Source: Flavobacteriaceae bacterium
GTDB taxonomy: Bacteria > Bacteroidota > Bacteroidia > Flavobacteriales > Flavobacteriaceae
Reading direction: 5' to 3'
Assembly: GCA_016780245.1 (NCBI GenBank)
Contig: JADHME010000001.1
Coordinates: 12,597 to 76,596, forward strand
Length of the DNA stretch: 64,000 nt
In this document: in pieces, positions 9,681 to 19,611 of the stretch
How positions within the stretch are numbered: the stretch's first letter is position 1
Layout of the letters: each line of letters begins with the position of its first letter
Position numbers and translations under genes: made by a program
Notes under the pieces: model-generated
The model's database searches: none
Told to the model about the DNA's origin: nothing
The model's input: only the letters and a program-made list of their open reading frames with translations

Positions 9681-10375
9681 TCTTTCATTAACCTGAATCC
9701 TTCCCCATGCACATTGATAATTTTAAGTGATGAGTCTTTTTCAAGATATTTTCTAAGTTTTGCAATATATACATCCATACTTCTTGATGTGAAATAATTA
9801 GCATCTCTCCAGATTTTATTTAATGCGATATCTCTAGGCAGCAAATCATCAAAATTTAACACTAACATCTTTAATAGCTGATTTTCCTTTGGAGACAACT
9901 TAAACGAATTTCCTTCTTTATGAGTTAATATTCTAATCTTAGAGTTAAAAGAAAACTCACCAAAATCAAACTCGAAAATATCTTTTTGCTCAGTATTTAC
10001 AGTTGGTTTTCTATTAAGTATAGATTTTATTTTTGCTAGTAGTATCTCTGAATCAAAAGGTTTTGTCAAATAATCATCTGCACCTATCTTATATCCTTTT
10101 AAAACATCATCTTTTAGATTTTTTGCGGTCAGAAAAATTAGAGGAATAGCTTCATTGACTTCTCTAATTTCTTTTGCCAGAGTTAAACCATCTTTAAATG
10201 GCATCATGATGTCTAGAATACATAAATCAAATTCTGATTTATTGAACTTTTCAAAGCCCTCGATTCCATTGGCTGCAAGAGTTATGTCGTAATTATTGAT
10301 AGTTAAATAATCTTTAAGTATCCTTCCAAAATTAGGATCATCTTCTACCAATAGAATTTTTTTATCTGATTTCAT
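9677..10375 (-). CDS. OmpR/PhoB-family response regulator
   Basis: Receiver domain (LLVEDD...LDIMMP...K) followed by a winged-helix Trans_reg_C domain. Overlaps the upstream kinase gene by 14 nt. Confidence 0.9.
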   Translation of the reverse strand: MKSDKKILLVEDDPNFGRILKDYLTINNYDITLAANGIEGFEKFNKSEFDLCILDIMMPFKDGLTLAKEIREVNEAIPLIFLTAKNLKDDVLKGYKIGADDYLTKPFDSEILLAKIKSILNRKPTVNTEQKDIFEFDFGEFSFNSKIRILTHKEGNSFKLSPKENQLLKMLVLNFDDLLPRDIALNKIWRDANYFTSRSMDVYIAKLRKYLEKDSSLKIINVHGEGFRLMKD

Positions 10376-11954
10376 CTTTAAGTGTTTTAATATTTATATA
10401 GAACTTAGTTCCAGAACCTTTTTTACTTTCAAGCATAATTTTACCCTTATGAAAATCAACAATCTTTTTAACATATGAAAGTCCTAGTCCATGTCCTTTA
10501 ATATCATGGATATCTCCATTTTGTTCTCTGTAAAATTTTTCAAATACCATCTTTTGGGTATTCTTGTCCATACCAATTCCATTGTCTTGCACACATATCT
10601 CTATATTATCATCAATGTTTATTGTTGATACTATAATTGATGGTTTGCTTTTTGAGTATTTAACTGCATTGTCTAAAATATTAATAATAATATTTTCTAA
10701 ATGATTGCTATTACCTAATATATTTGAGTTATCTGCATTTAATGAAAGATTAATTGAACCCTTATTGCTTTCAACTATAAGCTTGACATGCTCAACAGCA
10801 TCCTCAATTACTTCATGTATATTTGTCTTTTCCATATCAAATGGATCAGAACTTTTTTCCAACTGAGATATCCTCAAAATATTTTCAACTTGAGATAGCA
10901 TTCTTGCATTCTCCTCCCTAATCATACCCAAATACGAAGTGAATTTGTCATTAATATTATTCTTTGAACTTAATATTGCATCTAGTGCTAGATTAATAGT
11001 TGCAATTGGTGTTTTAAATTCATGTGAAATATTATTAATAAAATCACTCTTTATTTCAGAAAGCTTTTTCTGTTGAATAATTTGATACAAAGCACTTGTT
11101 GAGATAACAATTATAATTAAGGTGAGCATAAAAGATAAAGTAGCAACACCTATAATACCTGATAAAACATATTCTTGTTTTTCAGGAAATGAAACAATAA
11201 GGTCATATTTTATAGGACTAGACCTATCATATAAAAAAGGTATGGAATATTTTGGACCTGATTGCACCTCAATGTAGTTATTAGATTTAACTTTTGTAGA
11301 AAGATTATTACTATATATTCCAAACTCATATGGGGTGGTGATATTTCTATCACTAAAACCTTGGTTCAAGAGGATCTGAATCTCTCTAGAAGTTGTTCTC
11401 TTGTGAATAGGTAATGAAGATGCATATTCTTGGAAAGCAGATTTATATTTTTCAAATTTAAACATGTCAATATCTTCAACAATTTTTAATTTAGATATTG
11501 AGGCATTTAACCTATTCTCTCTTCTATCAAATATGTTCTTATTAACAATTGTAGTTTTAACTGCTTTATAATCCTTTAAATTATCATCTCCGTATCTATT
11601 TGATAAATTATCAGGAAGGTTGATATTATAATCTTCTTCTAGAATACCATAAGCAAAAAAAGTTGAAAGATTGGAAGATTGATCTTCATCTAAAAATAGA
11701 AAAACATCGGTAAAATTTTGTTCATCTGGTGTCCCAATAGAGTCAATTAACATTTGATAAGTATTTACATAGTCATTTAATTCCCTACTTTGAATTTCAT
11801 CAACAACTTCTCTTAATGTTCGATTGACAGCTAAAGAAAATTCTTCTTCCTTATTCTTCCAGGAGGAATATATCCAGTATCCTTGCATCAGAATTATTCC
11901 TATTAAGGAAAATGACATTAGAAGAACGAGTGATGTATATAGTTTTCTATTCAT
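10362..11954 (-). CDS. sensor histidine kinase with a large extracytoplasmic domain
   Basis: Two TM spans bracket a ~240-aa extracytoplasmic segment. H-box NISHEFKTPI and HATPase_c N/G boxes (DNAVKY, DNGIGM, GHGLGL). Confidence 0.85.
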   Translation of the reverse strand: MNRKLYTSLVLLMSFSLIGIILMQGYWIYSSWKNKEEEFSLAVNRTLREVVDEIQSRELNDYVNTYQMLIDSIGTPDEQNFTDVFLFLDEDQSSNLSTFFAYGILEEDYNINLPDNLSNRYGDDNLKDYKAVKTTIVNKNIFDRRENRLNASISKLKIVEDIDMFKFEKYKSAFQEYASSLPIHKRTTSREIQILLNQGFSDRNITTPYEFGIYSNNLSTKVKSNNYIEVQSGPKYSIPFLYDRSSPIKYDLIVSFPEKQEYVLSGIIGVATLSFMLTLIIIVISTSALYQIIQQKKLSEIKSDFINNISHEFKTPIATINLALDAILSSKNNINDKFTSYLGMIREENARMLSQVENILRISQLEKSSDPFDMEKTNIHEVIEDAVEHVKLIVESNKGSINLSLNADNSNILGNSNHLENIIINILDNAVKYSKSKPSIIVSTINIDDNIEICVQDNGIGMDKNTQKMVFEKFYREQNGDIHDIKGHGLGLSYVKKIVDFHKGKIMLESKKGSGTKFYINIKTLKDEIR

Positions 11955-11987
11955 TGACTATAAAATTCTCAAAATTTAAATTCATAA

Positions 11988-12010
11988 TTTCTTAATAAAA
12001 TGTTAAGAAA
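11988..12010 (-). terminator. weak AU-rich hairpin immediately after the coaE stop
   Basis: TTTCTTAA / 7-nt loop / TTAAGAAA (8-bp perfect inverted repeat) abutting the coaE stop codon (12011..12013), followed by a T-rich run on the transcribed strand. The stem is almost all A:U. Confidence 0.25.
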
Positions 12011-12598
12011 CTACTCTAGGTTTATTAGTGTATCGTGAATTTCTAATACTTTACCCTCCAATTCAGTGAAATTAATATTATCAATTATAAAATCACACTT
12101 ATCAATAATTGAAGTTTCATTTATCTGATTCTGTATTCGATTTAAGACATGATCTCTAGATAGCTTATCTCTTTGCATAACCCTTTCAATTCTGGTTTCT
12201 TTTGGGGCTTTAACATATATAATCTTATCAAAAAGATTCTCTGTTTTAGTTTCAAAAATAATTGCCGCTTCTTTTACGACATAGCTCTCGTCTCTATGTT
12301 TAGAGCAAAAATTATCAAAATCTATAGCTACTGCAGGGTGAATTATTGAATTTAGAGACTTAAGTTTTTCTTTATCGTTAAAGACTATTTTAGAAACTAA
12401 TTTTGAGTTTAGATCATTTTTATTATAAATATCTTCTCCAAATAGCTGTTTTATTGAGAGTATAATTTTTTTATCTGAACTTATTAATTCTTTTGCAGAT
12501 TCATCAGCATTGTAAGTGCTTATCCCAATTTTTTTAAAAATATCTAAAACACATGATTTACCAGATCCAATTCCTCCGGTTAATCCGATAATTTTCAT
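12011..12598 (-). CDS. coaE: dephospho-CoA kinase
   Basis: P-loop GLTGGIGSGKS at the N-terminus and CoaE size (195 aa). Confidence 0.9.
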   Translation of the reverse strand: MKIIGLTGGIGSGKSCVLDIFKKIGISTYNADESAKELISSDKKIILSIKQLFGEDIYNKNDLNSKLVSKIVFNDKEKLKSLNSIIHPAVAIDFDNFCSKHRDESYVVKEAAIIFETKTENLFDKIIYVKAPKETRIERVMQRDKLSRDHVLNRIQNQINETSIIDKCDFIIDNINFTELEGKVLEIHDTLINLE

Positions 12599-13410
12599 TA
12601 TGAATTTAATTTATCAATAATTTCTTGACTTACACCAACACTTGAAAATCCACCATCATTATAAATATTTTGAAGAGTAACTCTTTTTGTATAATCAGAG
12701 AAAAGCGATACGGTTAGATTAGCACAATCTTCAGCAGTAGCATTACCAAGGGGTGAAGTTAAATCAGCATATTTAAGAAAATCATCTAATCCTTTTACTC
12801 CTTTTCCAGCAGTTGTTAAAGTTGGTGATTGAGATATTGTGTTTACTCTAACATTTTTTTCTTTACCAAAGAAATAGCCAAAGCTTCTTGCAATGGATTC
12901 TAAAAATGCCTTATTATCAGCCATATCGTTATAATTTGGAAAAGTCCTTTGTGCAGCTATATATGTTAAAGCAACAATACTACCCCACTCCTTCATTGCG
13001 TCTAGTTTTAGTAGAGATTGCATGAGCTTGTGAAAAGATACTGCAGAAACATCCCAACCTTTAGCTAACCAATCATAATTTAAGTCTGTATAGTGTTTAC
13101 CTTTTCTAACATTAACAGACATTCCTATCGAATGAAGAACGAAATCTAATTTTCCGTTAAACTTTTCAGTTGCATGAGAAATTAATTTTTCTAAATCTTC
13201 TAGATTGGTTGCATCAGCAGGAATTATTTCAGAATTAGTTTTCTCAGCTAATTCATTTATTGTCCCCATCCTAATAGAAACAGGGGCATTTGTAAGGATA
13301 AACTCACCTCCTTCTTCATATACCCTTTCAGCAGTTTTCCATGCAATAGAGCTATCATCTAGTGCACCAAAAATTATACCTTTCTTACCTTTTAAAATAG
13401 AATTTGACAT
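12598..13410 (-). CDS. fabI: enoyl-[acyl-carrier-protein] reductase (FabI type)
   Basis: 270 aa SDR with a FabI-style N-terminus (LKGKKGIIFG...SIAW) and the central Y..M...K region. Confidence 0.88.
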   Translation of the reverse strand: MSNSILKGKKGIIFGALDDSSIAWKTAERVYEEGGEFILTNAPVSIRMGTINELAEKTNSEIIPADATNLEDLEKLISHATEKFNGKLDFVLHSIGMSVNVRKGKHYTDLNYDWLAKGWDVSAVSFHKLMQSLLKLDAMKEWGSIVALTYIAAQRTFPNYNDMADNKAFLESIARSFGYFFGKEKNVRVNTISQSPTLTTAGKGVKGLDDFLKYADLTSPLGNATAEDCANLTVSLFSDYTKRVTLQNIYNDGGFSSVGVSQEIIDKLNS

Positions 13411-13454
13411 TACTTATATTTTTTATTTTTTGGTTTCTGCCAACTAAATGCTGT

Positions 13455-13580
13455 TCAAATTGCATCAACTACTGCTAACCATACTGGTTGATTTGTTGAA
13501 GCAAAAACTGCAGCTCTAATTGCAGTACAAACACCAATACATACACCAGCTTTATTAGAGTTCATATGTTTCATATTCAT
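13455..13580 (-). CDS. unannotated 41-aa hydrophobic Cys-containing small protein
   Basis: Own translation: MNMKHMNSNKAGVCIGVCTAIRAAVFASTNQPVWLAVVDAI*. Below the ORF-track size cutoff. Same strand as the flanking recN and fabI. Strong RNY/third-position A-T periodicity (GCT GGT GTA TGT ATT GGT GTT TGT ACT GCA...). Noticeably more G+C than other spacers. Confidence 0.4.
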   Translation of the reverse strand: MNMKHMNSNKAGVCIGVCTAIRAAVFASTNQPVWLAVVDAI

Positions 13581-13595
13581 ATTATAAAGATACAC

Positions 13596-15248
13596 TTAAT
13601 TCAACAACTCGTTAGCAAGTTCATTTGCTGATTTGTTTGATTTATCTCCTGATAACATCTCTGCAATTTCTTTTACTCTATCTTTATCTTCAAGTAACTT
13701 GATATCAGTTATAATTTTATTTTCAACTTCCTTTTTAAATACCTTGTAATGAAAATCACCTTTTGAAGCAACTTGAGGTGTATGTGTTATAACTATAACT
13801 TGCATATTCTTTGACATTTGGCCCATTAAATCTGCAACTTTTGAAGATACAGATCCTGATATACCAGTATCAATTTCATCAAAAATTATAGTCGATAATT
13901 TAATATAGCTTGACAAAATTGATTTAATTGAAAGCATTATTCTTGAAACCTCTCCACCCGAGGCTATATTTCTTAGATCACTATATTTATCACCTTTATT
14001 TGACTTAAGTAAAAATTTACCTTCACTAAATCCATTTTTTTGAATTGATTCTGTTTTTGACAAATCAATTTTTATTTCCGAATTATTCATTCCTAATTCA
14101 GATAAGTTTTGATTTAATAATTTCTCAAAATCGTTCTTAACAGAGTATCTTTTTTTATGAATAAGATTAGCTCTAGAAATAAGATCACCTAATAAGATAT
14201 CTTTTGAAGATTTTAAATCTTTGATTTCTTGATCAATATCTTGGTGTCCATCTACAACCAATATTAGGTTCTCCTTTATTTTAATTAATTCATCTATTGA
14301 TGACACTCTATGTTTATTTTGTAATGTATAGATTTTATCAAGATTTACTCTTAATTGATTTATATCTTCTTCTGAGTTAGAGAGGTCATTAAGTATTGAT
14401 TGAGAGTCATCAATCATATCATTTAGACTTTGAATGATAGAACTAAGGCTATCTGCCAAAGAATTAATTCGATTAGAAGATCCTGAGACTTTGTTTAGTT
14501 TTTTTACAATATTTGAGAGTTTTTCTGAGATTCCTACATGCTCCGAATTAAACTCTTCATAAATTAGAGCTAAGGCTTCTTTAATATTATCTAGGTTATC
14601 CGCCTCTTTAACTTTGTTCTCTATATCTTCTAAGTCAATATTATCAAGATCTATACTATTAAATTCATTTAATAAGTAATTATTATAATCAAGATCTGAG
14701 TCAAGAGTATCTCTTTGTATTTCTTTTTCTTTAATTTTTTTCTCTAAAGCCATTAATGACTTGAAATCATTTGTATAAGTATTGAAATTAATTGTGTTAT
14801 TTGATAAAGAATCAAGAATTAAAAAAATAAAGTTTGTATCTAGTATATTGAGATTGTTAAACTGTGAGTGAATATCCAGTAAAGAATTTGTTAGACTTGA
14901 TAATTGATCTAGCCTAACAGGAGTATCATTAACAAATGCTCTTGATTTCCCACTTTGATTAATCTCTCTTCTAATTATTGTATGATTATCAAAATCTAAA
15001 TCATTATCTGAAAAAAATACCTCAAGATTTTGACCATTAAGGTCAAAAGTTGCTTCAACAAAGCACTTTTTATCTTTATTGATAATTTTTGTATTGTCAA
15101 CTCTGGAGCCAAGAACAAGTGATAACCCTCCCAATAGAATTGACTTTCCAGCTCCTGTTTCTCCAGTGATTGAAGTCATACCATTTTCAAATGATATTTC
15201 GACATTATCAATTAGAGCGTAATTACTTATTCTTAATTTTTTTAACAT
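13596..15248 (-). CDS. recN: DNA repair protein RecN
   Basis: SMC-like. N-terminal Walker A GETGAGKS, long coiled-coil middle, C-terminal signature/Walker B (SGGE...IFDEIDTG). Confidence 0.92.
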   Translation of the reverse strand: MLKKLRISNYALIDNVEISFENGMTSITGETGAGKSILLGGLSLVLGSRVDNTKIINKDKKCFVEATFDLNGQNLEVFFSDNDLDFDNHTIIRREINQSGKSRAFVNDTPVRLDQLSSLTNSLLDIHSQFNNLNILDTNFIFLILDSLSNNTINFNTYTNDFKSLMALEKKIKEKEIQRDTLDSDLDYNNYLLNEFNSIDLDNIDLEDIENKVKEADNLDNIKEALALIYEEFNSEHVGISEKLSNIVKKLNKVSGSSNRINSLADSLSSIIQSLNDMIDDSQSILNDLSNSEEDINQLRVNLDKIYTLQNKHRVSSIDELIKIKENLILVVDGHQDIDQEIKDLKSSKDILLGDLISRANLIHKKRYSVKNDFEKLLNQNLSELGMNNSEIKIDLSKTESIQKNGFSEGKFLLKSNKGDKYSDLRNIASGGEVSRIMLSIKSILSSYIKLSTIIFDEIDTGISGSVSSKVADLMGQMSKNMQVIVITHTPQVASKGDFHYKVFKKEVENKIITDIKLLEDKDRVKEIAEMLSGDKSNKSANELANELLN

Positions 15249-16443
15249 TCTTGTAAATAGTTTCCATTATATCTATTGAAACATCTTTTTTATGTTTCCT
15301 TTCAAATGGAGTAATTTCTAAATCTGAATTTATAAAATCAATTTGATTAAAGTCATTTGAAATTGGATTAAAATCTCCAATTTTATTAACTATTATTGCA
15401 TCAAGATTTTTAGACTTCAATTTCACCTTTGCATTATCAATGTGATCGTCAGTCTCCAGGGCAAATCCAACTAGATATTGATTCTTTTTAATTTTACCTA
15501 ATTCCTTAATTATATCTTTGGTAGGTTTAAGTTTAATAGAGTCTAAACCTATATCTTTTTTAATTTTAGTGTCTTTAAATTCAGCTGGTTTAAAATCAGA
15601 AACAGCTGCAGAGCAAATTACAACGTCAGATGATTTAAAATGAGTCATAGCTTCTTCAAACATCTGATCAGAATCTAGAACCCTATATGTATCTATATTT
15701 AACAAGTCCATTGATAAATTTGTTGGACCTAAGATAAGTTTTACATTTGCTCCAAGAGAAATAGCTGCTTTAGCTAAGTGATATCCCATTTTTCCCGATG
15801 AACTATTACCAATAAATCTTACTGGATCAATTTTTTCATGAGTTGGACCAGCAGTTATTAAAAAATTAAGATTATTTAGTGGAAGAGATTCTTTAAGCTT
15901 AATTTCAATATGTTCAATTATCTCTTCTGGCTCCAACATTCTGCCCTCACCTTCTAAACCACTTGCAAGGGAGCCTTTACCAACAGGAAGTACATTAGTC
16001 TGATTCTTGACTAGTTTTTGAATATTTTCTTGATTAAGAGAATTTCTATACATATCAAGGTCCATTGCTGGAGCAATAAATACGGGACAACTACTTGATA
16101 AATAACATGCTAAAAGAATATTATCACATTTAGCATTTGCCATTGAAGATATAGAGTTTGATGTAGCAGGAGCAATTATAAAGATATCAGCCCATTCGGA
16201 AAGCTCCACATGATTATTCCAAGTAGGGTTTCCGTTTTTCTCAGTAGAAAATTCTGAGTAAACATCATTTTTTGAAACAGTTGAAAGAGTTAGAGGAGTG
16301 ACAAATTCTTTAGAGGAAGGAGTCATAACAACTTTAACATTACAGTTTAGCTTAACTAGTTGCCTTATAAGTAAAGGTGTCTTATAGGCAGCTATTCCAC
16401 CTGTTACTCCTACTAGTATATTTTTTTGAGCTAAAACACTCAT
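15223..16443 (-). CDS. coaBC: bifunctional phosphopantothenoylcysteine decarboxylase / phosphopantothenate-cysteine ligase
   Basis: N-terminal flavoprotein domain (GVTGGIAAYK) plus DFP domain (GNSSSGKMG). 406 aa. Confidence 0.92.
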   Translation of the reverse strand: MSVLAQKNILVGVTGGIAAYKTPLLIRQLVKLNCNVKVVMTPSSKEFVTPLTLSTVSKNDVYSEFSTEKNGNPTWNNHVELSEWADIFIIAPATSNSISSMANAKCDNILLACYLSSSCPVFIAPAMDLDMYRNSLNQENIQKLVKNQTNVLPVGKGSLASGLEGEGRMLEPEEIIEHIEIKLKESLPLNNLNFLITAGPTHEKIDPVRFIGNSSSGKMGYHLAKAAISLGANVKLILGPTNLSMDLLNIDTYRVLDSDQMFEEAMTHFKSSDVVICSAAVSDFKPAEFKDTKIKKDIGLDSIKLKPTKDIIKELGKIKKNQYLVGFALETDDHIDNAKVKLKSKNLDAIIVNKIGDFNPISNDFNQIDFINSDLEITPFERKHKKDVSIDIMETIYKNVKKIKNK

Positions 16444-16454
16444 TCTATTGAAGT

Positions 16455-16787
16455 TTATTGCTCAGTATCAGCTTCGGTATCCCTATAATAAATTTTATTT
16501 TCAAGCCATTCTTCAATAGCAATTGCATATGGCTTAGGAAGTTTTTCATAAAATTTTGAAACTTCAATTTGTTCTTTATTCTCAAAAATTTCTTCAAGGC
16601 TATCATTGTGAGTGGCAAACTCATCAAGTTTATCATGCAATTCTTTCTTGATTTCAGAATTAATCTGACCCGATCTCTTAGCAATTATTGAAATAGCCTC
16701 ATAAATATTATCAGTAGGATTTTCGATCTCAAGTTTATTATATGTTTTTGTGCTGTTCGCAGCGTTAGAATTTCTGTATTTATTCAT
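16455..16787 (-). CDS. rpoZ: DNA-directed RNA polymerase subunit omega
   Basis: NIYEAISIIAKRSGQIN core plus the long acidic C-terminal part typical of Bacteroidota omega. The track start at 16844 overlaps bamD, so the internal ATG (MNKYRN) at 16787 is preferred. Confidence 0.8.
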   Translation of the reverse strand: MNKYRNSNAANSTKTYNKLEIENPTDNIYEAISIIAKRSGQINSEIKKELHDKLDEFATHNDSLEEIFENKEQIEVSKFYEKLPKPYAIAIEEWLENKIYYRDTEADTEQ

Positions 16788-16797
16788 TAGTTTATTT

Positions 16798-17580
16798 TTA
16801 TAAAAGTTGTTTTGCAATATTAATCTTTTCAGACAAGTCATCAATGAAAATGGTATCTGGATAATACCTTAAAAAATTATCAAGTGACCTCTCTAATTCT
16901 GTAACCCTCTCAACAATTCTTGACTCAATACTATTTATAGCAATCTCATATTGAGACAACCACTTATAATAAAGAGCCTCCTCTCTAAAAATAGTACCAG
17001 GATTGTCAGCTATAAAGTTATCAAGTGATTTAATTGCAGAAGTATAATCTCTAATAGTATAGTATTGCTTTGAAATTTCAAAGTCTTTTTCTTCAAGCTT
17101 ATTTTGAAGCTCATCCATTAATTGGAGTGCTTCTGAAACATATTCACTATTTGGGAATCTATTTATAAATACCTGGAGTTTATCAATACCAGTGTATGTA
17201 TCATCTTGATCAAGAGTATAACGAGGTGATAACATAAAATATGATTTAGCCTCCATAAAATATGCTTCTTGAATCCTTTGACTATTTGGATAAGATTTTA
17301 TAAAATTTTCAAATTGAATTGCAGCAGAGTAATATAGTTTAGTCTCAAAATAAGAGTTAGCAAAAAAGTATACTAGTCTTTCACCTTGAGGTTTTCCTCT
17401 ATAACTTGGTATAATTTGCTCGATCAATGCATTTGCCCTTCTGTACTCTCCGTTATTATAGTAATCCTCAGCTGCAGTATACTTATCAACTTCATTTTCA
17501 GTACTATTAAGTAACTTTTGATAATCATTACAGGATAGCAACAAGATTGAAATAGACATAAAAAAGAATATTCTATACAT
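16798..17580 (-). CDS. bamD: outer membrane protein assembly factor BamD (TPR lipoprotein)
   Basis: Lipoprotein signal ...SILLLSC, TPR-like repeats, conserved position upstream of rpoZ-coaBC-recN. Confidence 0.8.
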   Translation of the reverse strand: MYRIFFFMSISILLLSCNDYQKLLNSTENEVDKYTAAEDYYNNGEYRRANALIEQIIPSYRGKPQGERLVYFFANSYFETKLYYSAAIQFENFIKSYPNSQRIQEAYFMEAKSYFMLSPRYTLDQDDTYTGIDKLQVFINRFPNSEYVSEALQLMDELQNKLEEKDFEISKQYYTIRDYTSAIKSLDNFIADNPGTIFREEALYYKWLSQYEIAINSIESRIVERVTELERSLDNFLRYYPDTIFIDDLSEKINIAKQLL

Positions 17581-17597
17581 GTAGATTTATTGTTTGG

Positions 17598-17605
17598 CAA
17601 ATTTA
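17598..17605 (-). promoter_or_regulatory. -7 box TAAATTTG (TAnnTTTG) upstream of bamD
   Basis: Plus-strand CAAATTTA, 17 nt upstream of the bamD ATG, correctly oriented. No clear -33 TTTG at canonical spacing. Confidence 0.3.
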
Positions 17606-17613
17606 ATATAAGT

Positions 17614-19611
17614 TTATGAAATAAGATCTATTAAATTAACTTCATTAATAATAGACACCCCAAGTTCATTAGCAGCATTTAATTTTGATGGTCCAATATT
17701 GTTACCTGCAACTAGATAATTAGTTTTCTTGCTAACTGATGAACTAACTTTTCCACCATTTAATTCTATTAAATTCTTTATCTCATCTCTACTATGAGAT
17801 TCAAAGACACCTGAGATAACAAATATTTTACCATTTAATTTTGCTGAATGAATATCATTATCTTTTTGGTGAAAATTCAGACCAAAAGATTTAAGCTTAT
17901 TTATTATTTGAATATTACTGATATCACTAAAAAAACTAACTATACTCTTAGCTGTTTTATCTCCAATTTCATCAATAGATGATAAAGATTCAATGTCCAT
18001 ATGAGATAATTTATCTATTGAATCAACATGTTTAATTATTTTTTTTGATGCAGACTCACCCACATATCTGATACCTATACCAAATAAAACTTTTTGGAAT
18101 GAATTTAATTTTGATTTTTCAATCCCTTTTTTAAGATTCTCTGATGATTTTTCTCCATAACCTTCAATTTTAGAAATTTCATCATAATTAAGATTATATA
18201 TATCGGCTATATCTCTTAAAAGTCCTAAATCATAAAAAAGTCTTATTGTTTCATCTCCTAGTCCATCAATATTCATAGCTTTTCTTGATACAAAATGTTG
18301 AATTCTACCAATAGCTTGAGGTCTACAATCTATATAATTTGTGCAAAAATAATTAGCTTCAGATTCTAGTTTTTCTAACTCGCTATTACACTCAGGACAA
18401 ATTTCTGGAAAGATTATTTCATCCTCTGAACTACCCCTTCTTTCCTCATCAATTCCCGTAATTTTAGGAATTATCTCTCCACCTTTTTCAACAAACACAA
18501 AATCGTTAACCCTTAATTTTAATTTAAGCATTTGATCATAACTATGAAGAGAGGCTCTCTTAACAGTTGAGCCAGAGATTAAAACGGGTTCCAGATTAGC
18601 AACTGGTGTAACAGAACCAGTCCTACCCACATTAAAGGAAATTGATTTTAATCTAGTAGCAAGGTTCTCAGCCTTATACTTATAGGATATTGCCCATCTT
18701 GGGAATTTTGAAGTGAATCCCAATTGGTTCTGATAATCTATCTTATTTATTTTAACAACTACTCCATCAATCTCAAATGGTAAAGTATTTCTATTTATTT
18801 CCCAATATTTAATATATTCTTTTACTCCTTGAATACTATCAACTACTCTTTCATAATTCGGCACATTAAATCCCATTTCTCTTGCAATATTTAACAATTC
18901 AGAGTGATCTTCAATAGCTATATCATCAGAAACAATAGAGTATAAAAAACATTCCAATGGTCTTCTTGCAACTTCATTGGAATCGAGCATTTTAATACTT
19001 CCAGATGCGGTATTTCGAGGATTCATGAATGGTTGTTCACCATTATCTTTTCTTTTTTTATTAAGCTGATTAAAAGAGTCTAAGGGAATAATTATTTCAC
19101 CTCTAATCTCAAATTTATTTTTCTTGAAACTTTCTTTTAATTTGATGGGTATTGACGATATTGTCTTTAAATTTTTTGTGATATTATCTCCATTTGATCC
19201 ATCACCTCTTGTCAGTCCTCTTACAAGTTTACCTTCATCATACAATAAGTTAACAGACGCACCGTCATATTTAAGCTCACAACAAAATTCAAAGTCTGTT
19301 ATACCAATGTTTTTAACCACCCTATCATACCATGCTTCTAGTTCCTCTGAAGAATAAGTATTATCAAGTGAATACATTGGATAAATATGAGATTCTGAAT
19401 CAAACTTTTCAGATAGTCCACCACCAACTCTATTTGTTGGAGAATTTTCGTCCTTAAATTGTGGATAATCATTTTCAAGTCTTACTAGTTCTGCTAAAAG
19501 TTCATCATATTCAATATCAGATATAATATTTTTGTCGAGATCATAATAGTAATAATTATGTTGGTTAATTATATCTCTTAATTCCTGTATTTTTTGTTTG
19601 ATATTATTCAT
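17614..19611 (-). CDS. ligA: NAD-dependent DNA ligase
   Basis: Adenylation motif CELKYDG, OB fold, Cys4 zinc finger (CPECNS...C..C), HhH repeats and C-terminal BRCT. Confidence 0.95.
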   Translation of the reverse strand: MNNIKQKIQELRDIINQHNYYYYDLDKNIISDIEYDELLAELVRLENDYPQFKDENSPTNRVGGGLSEKFDSESHIYPMYSLDNTYSSEELEAWYDRVVKNIGITDFEFCCELKYDGASVNLLYDEGKLVRGLTRGDGSNGDNITKNLKTISSIPIKLKESFKKNKFEIRGEIIIPLDSFNQLNKKRKDNGEQPFMNPRNTASGSIKMLDSNEVARRPLECFLYSIVSDDIAIEDHSELLNIAREMGFNVPNYERVVDSIQGVKEYIKYWEINRNTLPFEIDGVVVKINKIDYQNQLGFTSKFPRWAISYKYKAENLATRLKSISFNVGRTGSVTPVANLEPVLISGSTVKRASLHSYDQMLKLKLRVNDFVFVEKGGEIIPKITGIDEERRGSSEDEIIFPEICPECNSELEKLESEANYFCTNYIDCRPQAIGRIQHFVSRKAMNIDGLGDETIRLFYDLGLLRDIADIYNLNYDEISKIEGYGEKSSENLKKGIEKSKLNSFQKVLFGIGIRYVGESASKKIIKHVDSIDKLSHMDIESLSSIDEIGDKTAKSIVSFFSDISNIQIINKLKSFGLNFHQKDNDIHSAKLNGKIFVISGVFESHSRDEIKNLIELNGGKVSSSVSKKTNYLVAGNNIGPSKLNAANELGVSIINEVNLIDLIS

